32,041 bases of DNA from a virus (lineage: Duplodnaviria; Caudoviricetes): the IMG/VR virus record IMGVR_UViG_3300042868_003415, positions 1 to 32,041 of that record; one strand, given 5' to 3'. The notes below the pieces were generated by a model. It searched no databases, was not told where the DNA came from, and worked only from the letters and a program-made list of their open reading frames with translations. Shown piece after piece: positions 1-8,800 of this stretch. The translations under genes and the position numbers were made by a program. Every line of letters starts with the position of its first letter. Position 1 is the stretch's first letter.

Positions 1-133
1 ACTTCCGAGTCGCGGCTAGTTTGCGTTCTAGCCTTCTGCATACCATCGCTAGATCGCCTACGCTATGCGGAGTGCTGTCTGAGATGGGCGTGTCGCTGAT
101 CATTTTCGTGAGGTCAGGAATATGATCGTTCAT
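1..133 (-). CDS. Small phage protein, truncated by window edge (MNDHIPDLTKMISDTPISD...VCRRLERKLAATRK)
   Basis: Hand-translated. ATG at 133 overlaps the upstream TGA (ATGA). The SDTPxxD...RxLERxL pattern is typical of small phage coiled-coil proteins. Confidence 0.7.
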   Translation of the reverse strand, partial: MNDHIPDLTKMISDTPISDSTPHSVGDLAMVCRRLERKLAATRK

Positions 134-237
134 TTCGATTCCTCCCATTTTCCAACCGGATTTAAAACCTGTAGTTCCTTCCCATGCACAAATGCCTGCA
201 TGATACGGATGGCTTCTATTGTTTGTTCTATATTCAT
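130..237 (-). CDS. 35-aa hypothetical protein (MNIEQTIEAIRIMQAFVHGKELQVLNPVGKWEESK)
   Basis: Hand-translated. Fills the gap exactly and is coupled to the next gene by ATGA. IMQAFxxGKExQ...W resembles the N-terminal half of a common small phage protein. Confidence 0.6.
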   Translation of the reverse strand: MNIEQTIEAIRIMQAFVHGKELQVLNPVGKWEESK

Positions 238-242
238 CGTGA

Positions 243-641
243 TTACTCCAGTTGCTTGATGCGTTGCTTCTGTTCCTCTGCGCCTTTGTAGAGCTGCTTC
301 ACTTTCTTGGTTAGCCGTTCGTTCTTTTTTCTGTATAGATCAGCAGTGTCAGAATATCTCCGCAAGCGTTCGGTAAGCTCTGACAGCATTAAGATCTGAT
401 CGCTGTAATTCTTCACACGTTGATTCAGCTCTTGGATCAGTTGCTTCGCCTCCTCAGCATCTTTACGGAGCTCTAGGTTTGATTTGCTGAGACGCTCAAT
501 CTCAAATTCTGCTTCTTGCAGCTCGGTTTCCAATTCTATTGCAAATCCAACCCATTGTTTTGGGCAGTTTCGTTGATTTACCAATCCCTGAGAGTTGCCA
601 ATTGCATCCAATAGCTTGTCGGTTCTGTATGTGTAACTCAC
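243..641 (-). CDS. Coiled-coil hypothetical protein, 132 aa
   Basis: ORF track. GTG start, E/K/L-rich heptad pattern. Confidence 0.8.
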   Translation of the reverse strand: MSYTYRTDKLLDAIGNSQGLVNQRNCPKQWVGFAIELETELQEAEFEIERLSKSNLELRKDAEEAKQLIQELNQRVKNYSDQILMLSELTERLRRYSDTADLYRKKNERLTKKVKQLYKGAEEQKQRIKQLE

Positions 642-691
642 CGGCTGTTCCTCCCGTGCTCAATCACAGCCTTGCCCATGTCGATGTTCAT
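638..691 (-). CDS. 17-aa minigene (MNIDMGKAVIEHGRNSR)
   Basis: ATG overlaps the resolvase TGA (ATGA) and its own TGA overlaps the next GTG start (GTGA). Confidence 0.4.
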   Translation of the reverse strand: MNIDMGKAVIEHGRNSR

Positions 692-1143
692 TTAACTCCC
701 TCCGCTATTAGAGCGTGTTCAAGTATCAACAAAGCATCCGCGGTCTTGAGTGTGATTGATAGGCGAGGATGGCGCTGCTGGGCTATCTGTTTGAGGTGGC
801 CCTTCCAGCCAGTGCCGTAGGTGGCTTTAACGCCGCATTGGAGAGTCTTTTGCCAGCGTTGGGGTGGCACTTCGATCAGCCTTGTTTTGGTGCTGGCGAT
901 GAGCCCCAACAGGAAGCCCACGTTGCGACCGAAGTTAAACATCGCGCTCCCAGGTGCGCCTTTGCCGCCGGCGTATCCACCCACCTTTTCAAGGTACACC
1001 ACATCCGAGATCCCAAGGCGGTCGATGATCAGCGTGCATATATCCTGATCGGTGGTAGGCATGGAATCTAGGATGATGCCCCCGTGCCCGTGGTAGGCGA
1101 TACCGCCGGACATCCCTGGGTCGATGGCCAAGATCCGTTTCAC
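688..1143 (-). CDS. RuvC-like Holliday junction resolvase
   Basis: ILAIDPG (catalytic D), VVYLEKV (E), SAMFNFG, EVPPQRWQK, TADALLI (C-terminal D). Confidence 0.9.
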   Translation of the reverse strand: MKRILAIDPGMSGGIAYHGHGGIILDSMPTTDQDICTLIIDRLGISDVVYLEKVGGYAGGKGAPGSAMFNFGRNVGFLLGLIASTKTRLIEVPPQRWQKTLQCGVKATYGTGWKGHLKQIAQQRHPRLSITLKTADALLILEHALIAEGVK

Positions 1144-1274
1144 TTAGCAGCCTTTCGTAGCCAGGCCTGAATGGCCTTGTCGGCTACCGCCTGCATTTTT
1201 AGGCCGGCGGCCAGGCAGTAGGCTCGCAGGGTTTTGTGTGTGTCGGTGGTCACGTTGATGGTCTTTGGTTTCAT
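1140..1274 (-). CDS. Ribbon-helix-helix DNA-binding protein, 44 aa
   Basis: MKPKTINVTTDTHKTLRAYCLAAGLKMQAVADKAIQAWL fits a beta-alpha-alpha pattern. Start set at the TAATG overlap (1274). Confidence 0.75.
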   Translation of the reverse strand: MKPKTINVTTDTHKTLRAYCLAAGLKMQAVADKAIQAWLRKAAK

Positions 1275-1606
1275 TACAGATGCTTGCGGACTTTGTTCCA
1301 ATAAGCCTCGGTGGCTTGCTTCTTCTCGCCCCTGGGACCGCCTCCGTTCCACTTACGGGCTAACTGTTCGGTAGTGCAGCCCTTGCCGTAGTGCCGGAGG
1401 TAGGCCTCGCACACCGCCCGGGCCTGCACTCGGTTGGTCATAGCCTCCCAGCGGTAATGCGACCCTGTGAATCGGTTCACATCCTGCACCACACCGCGGT
1501 GGATCTGCAGGGGGCCTACAGCGCGTCCGTTGTCGCCGATGGCCTGATCGTTGCCCGAGGACTCTACGATGATCAGGGCCGAGATGAGGTTGGAGAGAGT
1601 GGTCAT
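1274..1606 (-). CDS. Lysozyme-like muramidase/transglycosylase (SLT / i-type destabilase-like)
   Basis: LIIVESSG (catalytic E), GPLQI, ARKWNGG motifs. ATG at 1606 preferred over the track start, which lies inside a hairpin. Confidence 0.85.
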   Translation of the reverse strand: MTTLSNLISALIIVESSGNDQAIGDNGRAVGPLQIHRGVVQDVNRFTGSHYRWEAMTNRVQARAVCEAYLRHYGKGCTTEQLARKWNGGGPRGEKKQATEAYWNKVRKHL

Positions 1607-1620
1607 GGTTTGGAAAGTGT

Positions 1621-1670
1621 GCGCGTTAACCAGTCGCGCCCCTAGGGGTGGTATTTGCCCCACCCGGGGC
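1621..1670 (-). promoter_or_regulatory. GC-rich double hairpin in intergenic spacer
   Basis: GCCCC-GGGTGG...CCACCC-CTA-GGGGC (1670-1638), followed by and overlapping GCGCG-N9-CGCGC (1639-1621). No U-tract. Confidence 0.5.
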
Positions 1671-1674
1671 TAAA

Positions 1675-1977
1675 TTACTTTTTCTTTCTGATGCTTTTTA
1701 CCGGTATGTGCTCACCCAACAGGTTGTGCCTTCCGCATCCTGGGCACTTGCGGTAATGCCACCACTTATCTCCAATCTTAACTCCATGGTTATTGTTCAT
1801 GATAAGAGTTAAGCCTTTCGCAATCATTCCACATACGCATTTGATTTTTGGAGTGTTGATTAATGTTGCCAAATCGACGCCCGGGAAGTCGCTGTCGGCC
1901 CTGGTAGGTTGAAGATTATCGACGTCCTGCAGGCATTTGGTATCGGCTGCAATGTTTAACAAGTCGCTGTCGGTCAT
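1675..1977 (-). CDS. Hypothetical protein with Zn-ribbon (CVC...CPGC), 100 aa
   Basis: ORF track. Two Cys pairs and a basic C-terminus; first gene after the predicted promoter. Confidence 0.75.
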   Translation of the reverse strand: MTDSDLLNIAADTKCLQDVDNLQPTRADSDFPGVDLATLINTPKIKCVCGMIAKGLTLIMNNNHGVKIGDKWWHYRKCPGCGRHNLLGEHIPVKSIRKKK

Positions 1978-1983
1978 GGGTTG

Positions 1984-2036
1984 AAGATGACCCAGACCAT
2001 GATTACCGTCTACAGCAATTTACTCTTTTCTGTAGA
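1984..2036 (-). promoter_or_regulatory. Putative sigma70-type promoter (TAGACG-N17-CATCTT) with overlapping inverted repeat TCTACAG-N14-CTGTAGA
   Basis: -35 at 2012-2007 and -10 at 1989-1984, 6 nt from ATG 1977 (leaderless geometry). Inverted-repeat arms at 2009-2015 and 2030-2036, with an AT-rich upstream tract. Confidence 0.55.
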
Positions 2037-2047
2037 TTTGAAAGAAA

Positions 2048-2061
2048 ACCCAATGTTTACG
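2048..2061. repeat. 14-bp motif ACCCAATGTTTACG, second exact copy at 31253-31266
   Basis: Exact match read from the sequence; both copies are intergenic. Confidence 0.8.
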
Positions 2062-2076
2062 CGGGTCAAACAGGGG

Positions 2077-2250
2077 TTACTCGGAAACGAACTTGGCCTC
2101 AAACTCCGCCTTCGGGCGCACGTAGATCTTGCCGGTGTCAACGCGTCGGTAGACCACCACCGGCCACTTGATCTCACCCATCCGTAGCTCCGCAGTATCG
2201 GCCAAAATTTCGACCACTATCGACCGGTTGGTGCGATTGTGGTGATTCAC
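2077..2250 (-). CDS. DUF1653-like small protein, 57 aa (not in ORF track)
   Basis: Hand-translated from a GTGA overlap: ...WPVVVYRRVDTGKIYVRPKAEFEAKFVSE. VVY...YVRP..EF matches the DUF1653 pattern. Confidence 0.75.
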   Translation of the reverse strand: MNHHNRTNRSIVVEILADTAELRMGEIKWPVVVYRRVDTGKIYVRPKAEFEAKFVSE

Positions 2251-2507
2251 GGCCAGATGGGGTAAACCACGGTGCCCTGGCCATTGCTGTCGGTCAGTTC
2301 GACAGCGTTGACTCCCTTGAGTTTGGCCAGTGAAGACAGGAGCAGAGTGTCGTTGTTTGCCTGGGCAATGCAGGTCGAAACGATATCGGCATCGTCGTAC
2401 GAGGCAGCCAGGAGCTCGGTGGTACGGTCGCGCCAGACTCGGATTACTCGGCCATTGCTGAGAGGGACGCGCCGCATTGATTCGACGCAGGGGAAGGTGT
2501 GTTTCAT
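2247..2507 (-). CDS. Hypothetical protein, 86 aa (MKHTFPCVES...)
   Basis: C-terminal half of track ORF 2247-2762. The ATG at 2507 lies just after the tail-fibre stop. Confidence 0.75.
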   Translation of the reverse strand: MKHTFPCVESMRRVPLSNGRVIRVWRDRTTELLAASYDDADIVSTCIAQANNDTLLLSSLAKLKGVNAVELTDSNGQGTVVYPIWP

Positions 2508-2523
2508 GGGGGTAGGCAAAAGC

Positions 2524-5500
2524 TCAGACTGGTTTCCATGTCGAGCTAGTGTAGACGTAGAGTGTCTCACTGTTCGTGTCGTAGTAAAGCGGAACACGTC
2601 CGGTGAGCGTTCCTGCCTGCGATACAACTCCGGTGGGCGCACCTGAGGCAGCCGGAATCCACGCAAATCCGAACTGCATCGTTGTTGCTCCAGCCGTTCC
2701 ATAAAAGTCGGTGGAGTCATCTGACCAAGCACCGGGTCCGATCTCTGTTCCGGTAGTATCAACGAACCTAGCGATCCTGTTTATGCCGGACGAGGATGGC
2801 CCCACCACGTTGCCTGAGCCCGTACCAACAGCGTTTAGCACGCCGCCACTCAGCGACAGGCCTGACCCTAGCGTAAGCTGCTCCACACTGCCTGTGCCTG
2901 CCGTGCTGCGCCCAAGCACCCGGGCGGTTGCACAGGTTATCCCGGTGTTTTGAATGGCTACAGGGAAGGTGCAGTTGGTCAGTGTGCCTGAGGAAGGTGT
3001 CCCAAGGACCGGTGTCACAAGCGTTGGGGACGTTGCACGCACCAAGTTACCGGTGCCCGTAGTCGTGCCCACTTTGATGATCTTGCCAGTGGTGCCGTTA
3101 AAAACAGCTACATCCCCATCGACCGATACGCTGGGCCCAACCACGTCGCCTGATCCTGATCCTGTCGCCGCAATCGTAATTGATCCCTGGCCATTGGTGA
3201 TCGTGATTCCGGTGCCTGCGGTCAGTGTGGCCTTATCCCATTCCTCATCAACCGCATCGCCGATGAGCAACAGCCCGTTCACGGTTGGTGCGGTGTGTCC
3301 GGTCCCACCAGAGTCGGCATTCAACGTGCCGTTCATTATCAGCGTACCAGAGCCAGTGATTGGTCCGCCAGTGAATGAAAGGCCGGTGGTCCCACCCGAT
3401 GCAGCGACAGATGTCACGCTGGCACCTGCAGCTATGCCATCCAGCTTGGAAGCATAGGCGATGCTCATAAACCCATCGTTTACACTGGATGCAGCACTTT
3501 GTGAAATGACCGGAGTCGTGTTCGGGTTGGTCACACCTAAGCCAGCCCCGGACACGCCCACACTCGTCACCGTTCCACCACCTCCACCACCAGCCGCATT
3601 CAGTGTGCTGCCTGTCATTGACAGGTTCGTGCCCAGGGTAATTTCTGCCACCGCTGTACCGGATGCAGTGCTGCCCAGTAGCTTTGATGAAGCAGCGACC
3701 GCCTGGATCTTGCCGTAGGTGACCGCGTTCGCCGCAATGGTCGCAGCGAATGACCCGGTGCCAGACCCACCGACATCACCGGTGAGCGTAATCGTCTGGT
3801 CACCAGTGTTGGTGCCCGAGGACGTGCCGCTCAAGTTGCTTCCAGTGACCGTGCCTGATGCAGCCACCGAGGTGGGCACGATGGCCCCCAGAACAATCGT
3901 GATAGCCGGGGTAGTAGTGTCATTGGCCACCGTACCGCTGACTCCGTTTGCTGTAACTACCGAGGTCGTGGTGACCGTGCCGGCGTTGCTGGTGTACCCA
4001 CTGGGGTTGGCCGCGGGATAGGCTCCCAACGAAGTAAGGGCTGTAGCCGCGCTGGTTGCTCCTGTACCGCCATTGGTGAGCGCCAAAGTGCCGCCGAGGG
4101 TAAGAGTGCCCGAAGTGGTTATCGGGCCGCCTGTGAAGCTCATTCCCGTGGTCGAGCCATCGGCATTGACGCTGGTCACCGTGCCCGTGCCTGGCGCCGA
4201 GGCTGACAGCGTGTTGCCTGTCATCGAGAGGTTTGAGCCCAAGATGATTTCCTGAACGCTGTTGCCCGTATCATCGGAGCCGAGCAAGCGCTTGATAGCA
4301 GAAGTCGACTGGATCTTGTCGTAGGTCACCGCGCCATTGGTGATCGTGGTAGCGAAGGAGCCTGTTCCGCTGCCTGTCACCGGCCCGGTCAGCGTGATGG
4401 TCTGGTCACCGGTGTTAGTGCCTGAGGATGTGCCTGTGTGCGTACCGCTAAGGTTGGTGCCGGTCACCGTACCGGTGGAGGCTACCGAGGTGGGCGTGAT
4501 TGCTCCCAGGCCTAGCGAGATGGCCGGGGTCGTTGTTGAAGTGCCTACCGAGGCTGTGATGCCATCGGAAGGAGTCACCGTGAGGTTGGTCACCGTTCCC
4601 CCGGTGCCTGTGGCCGAGAGCACTGTGCCGGCAAACGAGATCCCGGTGCCGAGACTGATCTCCTCCACTGCTCCCGCACTGTTAACCCTACCCAGCAGGC
4701 GGTTAGCGGTGACCACCGTGAGGCCCGAGGTCGTGATCGGCCCCACTGGGACAGCCCCAAGTGTGGTTCGTTGATCTGCAGCACTAGCGTCGTCCAGGAT
4801 AGCCCGGCCTGCCGCGGTGCAGGTGATCTCTTCGATCAGCCCTGGCCCTGCAGATTGACGGCCCAACAGCCTGTCGGTAGCGCTCACATACTGCATTTTG
4901 TCGTACGTGACAGCCTGCGGGGTGATCACAGCCGGGATGCGGCCTGTGCCCTGCCCGGTCACGTCACCTGTCTCCAGGATGTAGTCGCCGGACTCGGTGA
5001 TCAGGAAGTCGCTGCCCTCGGTCAGCATCCGGTCGCCGCTCAGGATGATCACCTGGTCGCCGGTGTTGACGCCTGAAAGGTTGGAGCCCGTGACCGTAGC
5101 ACCGGCAGATATTGCACCTGATGCAGTCACACTGGTGGGAGTGATTGCTCCCAGGGTTAGAGTGATGGCCGGGGTCGTTGTGGACGTTGCTACGGAGCCC
5201 GACACGCCGTTTGCCGTGACCACAGATACCTGCGTAACCGTTCCGCCTCCAGCCGGTCCCGGGGGTCCAGCAGGGCCTACAGGTCCAGCCGGGCCAGGTG
5301 CGCCTTGGATGCCCGATCCACCGGAGGGCTTGGTCAGGCCGGTGTCTAGCCTGGTGATCTCGCAGATGGCGAAGATTTCCGGGATACCTGTGAGGCCAGC
5401 AGCAACACCGAGGTGATCAGCGCCTGCTGCCGAGATGTAGTATTCAAGCCTATAGACATTGTCCTTGTGGGGCTGTACTCGGACATTTATGTCGTTGTAG

Positions 5501-5892
5501 GTGTTTGACTGATTGCTCACATCTACCGACACGCCGTAACCAATGATCACATCGACCGGTGACCCAGCACTAGCAGTGGCCTCTGCACTGGCTGTGACGT
5601 CGTAGATCCGAATCCTGGTGTGCCCAGTGTGCAGGAAGGCAGCCATGGCCCGGATCTGGTAGGCTCCCGCCGCCAACTTAAACTGGTTGGCAGTCAGGTC
5701 GAGGATGAGCCCGTTGGGATCGACGGCAATGGTGTTGAGCGTCCTGGTCGACCAGGTAGTCGCCACACCGTTGCCACCACTAGTGCCCGAGGTCTTGCTG
5801 TCAGTGAGGACAGCCACCTTGAGAGTCAGGCTGTCGACGTCCTTCCTGAGCCTGTTGATCAGGGTGGTGCTGGTCTGGGAATCGTAGCTCAT
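2524..5892 (-). CDS. Long tail fibre, 1122 aa, with collagen-like segment and internal repeats
   Basis: G/T/S-rich. (Gly-X-Y)7 near 5251-5313, several GTVTxV repeats, and three NTGDQ...AVTYxKxQ...LLG repeats. Confidence 0.9.
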   Translation of the reverse strand: MSYDSQTSTTLINRLRKDVDSLTLKVAVLTDSKTSGTSGGNGVATTWSTRTLNTIAVDPNGLILDLTANQFKLAAGAYQIRAMAAFLHTGHTRIRIYDVTASAEATASAGSPVDVIIGYGVSVDVSNQSNTYNDINVRVQPHKDNVYRLEYYISAAGADHLGVAAGLTGIPEIFAICEITRLDTGLTKPSGGSGIQGAPGPAGPVGPAGPPGPAGGGTVTQVSVVTANGVSGSVATSTTTPAITLTLGAITPTSVTASGAISAGATVTGSNLSGVNTGDQVIILSGDRMLTEGSDFLITESGDYILETGDVTGQGTGRIPAVITPQAVTYDKMQYVSATDRLLGRQSAGPGLIEEITCTAAGRAILDDASAADQRTTLGAVPVGPITTSGLTVVTANRLLGRVNSAGAVEEISLGTGISFAGTVLSATGTGGTVTNLTVTPSDGITASVGTSTTTPAISLGLGAITPTSVASTGTVTGTNLSGTHTGTSSGTNTGDQTITLTGPVTGSGTGSFATTITNGAVTYDKIQSTSAIKRLLGSDDTGNSVQEIILGSNLSMTGNTLSASAPGTGTVTSVNADGSTTGMSFTGGPITTSGTLTLGGTLALTNGGTGATSAATALTSLGAYPAANPSGYTSNAGTVTTTSVVTANGVSGTVANDTTTPAITIVLGAIVPTSVAASGTVTGSNLSGTSSGTNTGDQTITLTGDVGGSGTGSFAATIAANAVTYGKIQAVAASSKLLGSTASGTAVAEITLGTNLSMTGSTLNAAGGGGGGTVTSVGVSGAGLGVTNPNTTPVISQSAASSVNDGFMSIAYASKLDGIAAGASVTSVAASGGTTGLSFTGGPITGSGTLIMNGTLNADSGGTGHTAPTVNGLLLIGDAVDEEWDKATLTAGTGITITNGQGSITIAATGSGSGDVVGPSVSVDGDVAVFNGTTGKIIKVGTTTGTGNLVRATSPTLVTPVLGTPSSGTLTNCTFPVAIQNTGITCATARVLGRSTAGTGSVEQLTLGSGLSLSGGVLNAVGTGSGNVVGPSSSGINRIARFVDTTGTEIGPGAWSDDSTDFYGTAGATTMQFGFAWIPAASGAPTGVVSQAGTLTGRVPLYYDTNSETLYVYTSSTWKPV

Positions 5893-8800
5893 TTGTTCTT
5901 ACGTCGAAGGATGCGCTGGGCTTCGTCAAGGCTGCTGGCGATGCCTATGAGGCTGCCTGCGGGGCCGTAGAGGCGAAGTGAGCCCTTGGCCTTGCCTGGG
6001 AGGGCACGGTAGCCACCGGGGAACGAGTAGGCACCGGGCATGGCGGAGTCGGGGGAGGGCATATAGCGGAAGTCCTCGGGCTTACCGTACACCGGGTTCT
6101 TCACAAACACCGTGTTGCCTACGCTCACAGCCTCAGAGCCACCGATGACAGGCTGGTCGGTGCGCTTGTCGTAGAAGAAGGCGTGTTCCTTCGGGTCCAT
6201 TCCAACTGCCACATAGTTCTCCAAGTCATCCGGTATGGATCGGTCAGCCATGATCTTGCCGTCGACCGTTGCCACCGGGAACTTGGCGGACTTGCCCTCG
6301 TAAATCCGCTGCACGCCTGGCTTGACCACAAACTTCGGGTTCTGCAAACGGGTCACGGTATCGTACCCAATGACCTTGCCTGGGCCACCTGCAGCGCCAT
6401 CGGGCTCATGCACAGCAACCACATATTTGCCCGTTCTAAGGAAGGCCGGGATGTCGATGCGTGCGGCCACCTGTGTGCCCGGCTTGATGCTTCTAGCAGC
6501 ACCAAACTTTGCCTTCTTCTCCGAGCTCAAAGCATCGACAGCCTCGGTGTCTGTAGGCGGGTTGGCGAAGTCCTGATTGCGGCCTACATCACGCTGGATT
6601 GTCTCCGGCATATAGCGCTGGCCCTCAACAGAAGCCCCCTCGTCCGGTGCTAGGCCTTCGGTCCAAGTCCAATCCGGCATGAGTCCGGTCTTCTGCGGAG
6701 AAAACACAGTGTCCTCAAGTTTTGCTGTTCGATTACGTTCGCCATGAGGACCGTAATTTAACCAACTGTTTTGACCGCGGGTTTCGCTGGTAATTGCTGC
6801 TATGGCCGGCCCGGTAAATAACCGGACATGAGCTTGCCATGCATTTTCCTCGCCTCGCGCTCGGAAACTTGCGCCTTCTAATCCATGTCCAAACGCATCG
6901 TGAACAGCTCGGAACAGATCGTTTGCCACTACAGGATGCATGACGCCACGCTGATCTGGCCAGGTGAGCCCGGTTGGCTCTAGCATTGGGTTGCCTTTAA
7001 TCTCCGCTCCTGTAATGCCTTCCGTTCCGTAGCCGTCATAAGTGCCATATACAGCCATGCGTTTATTCGCACGAAGGTCACGCATGGCTGCTGATGGATT
7101 CCCCTTATACGGGTCGCTGGAACTATCAAAAAAACTAAACTCGTACCCAGCGTCAACAAGTGCCTGATACTGATCTTTTGTCTGGCGGATCATATCCGCG
7201 TATGCCTCTTGGACCTTAGGGTCTTGAGGTGCGTGCTTCATCTCCGCATACGCATCGGCAAGACGCCGAGCTCGGGCCTCGTCTACTTCGACGTAGACGG
7301 CTTGTCGCCGGTGGGAAATCCCGGCGGCAGCGGCATAAGATCTCGCAACATCCACGAGTCCTGGCGCTGGTCCGGTCGCACCCGCGACATTCGGAGCACC
7401 ATCAAGCGGCGTATAGCTTCCGCGCGGTAGCCGTCCTCCTCGGTCTCCTCCCTGTTCGGGTCGTCCTTGTTCATAAAGTTTTTCTCCCTCGCCTGCTGGC
7501 ATGAAATACGCCAGTCGAGAGGGGGAGTCAATTTGCTTTCGTTTCCATTTCTCGCCTGCCTCCGGCGTGCTTCCGTATCCGGCAGCCTTGTTTGCTTTCT
7601 GCGCTTCGCCCAGTTGCCGGTCGTTCAAGGCAGGCAATTTGTCGAGCCCAGGGAACATGACCTCATGCGGCTCAACCCGTCCCCGAATGCGATCCCAGAG
7701 GGTCCATTGAGCCGGGAAGACAGCAACGCCAAGCTCGTTTGCCCGGCGCTCGTTGATCTCAAGTGCTGAGCGGTAGGAATCCGACATTACCTGGAAGTCT
7801 TTTGGAGTCTCAACCCACTCCACCGACTTAATGTTCGCCGGAGCATTCGGGTTGATGCCGCCTTTCTTGGCTATCAGCGTTGCCTTGCGGCTGCCCATGG
7901 CAGCAAACACGGCCTCATTGACGAATTTCTGGACGCGATCAGCACCGTAGATTTGCGCTTGACCTAGAACGTCATCAATAGTTTTTGCCCGAGTTGCCGT
8001 TGGGTCTGGCAACGAATCCAAGGTGGATGCCATTTCGGCTTTGATGCTCTTGATGCGTTTATCGTTTTTGGCCTTTAGCGTCTTGAGCGTTTTCGGGTCG
8101 TCCTTGTTGATCTCCTCAATGCGCTTACCTTTTTCCTCGGCATTTTTGAGCCGGCGATTGAAAGCCGATGTGGCTTCCTTTGACTTCTTCAGCATCGAAT
8201 TGAAACGGTCGACAACGATGCCTTCAAACCGTTTGCGGAGCTCTGGGTTTCCAAGCAGCTCCTGGCCAAAGATGCGAGCCATGTGGCGGTCCATGGCCGA
8301 TATGGATGCCTTGAGCGGATCTTGCCACACAGATCCAAATGATCCTGTCTTGGTGCCAAACCCTTTGATTTGAGTTGTCAGCTTGTCGACAAAGTCTGCC
8401 CAAGATTCGTTGGATTTTTTGACGAAGAAGTCTGGGTTCTTGGTGAACAACCGAGCGGCATTTACGATGTTCGATATGTCCGCGGTGATTGCAATGCCAA
8501 GGCCACCCTTGCCAGCGGAGATGAACCCTAGCTCCTTTTTGAGTCGTTGGTTCAGCTCCTTCAGGTTTTCTTTAGTCGGGTTCTCTGGGTATAGACTGGC
8601 AAATTTGCGCACATCTTCCATCGAACCAAACCGCAACCGTGCCATCCCCATTTCATTGGGAAGCAACGGAGCATTCGGGGAGAGCATCCCGAAGACAATG
8701 GAGTTGAAGCTGGAAACCTTGTCACCAGGTGTGGGAGCCATTGTCGCCGCCAGCTTGGCTGTCAGCTTGGCGTGCGTGGTCTCTGGCAGGTTTGCTACGT

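Noticed and set aside
2508-2762. Longer track starts (2762; likewise 1352, 1663, 14484, 20328, 21511, 24872, 26989)
   Set aside because: They overlap upstream genes, hairpins or terminators; downstream ATGs give the coupling pattern used genome-wide.
2711-5970. Many plus-strand ORFs opposite the tail fibre
   Set aside because: V/P/T-rich antisense shadows of a G/T-rich gene; no starts or motifs.
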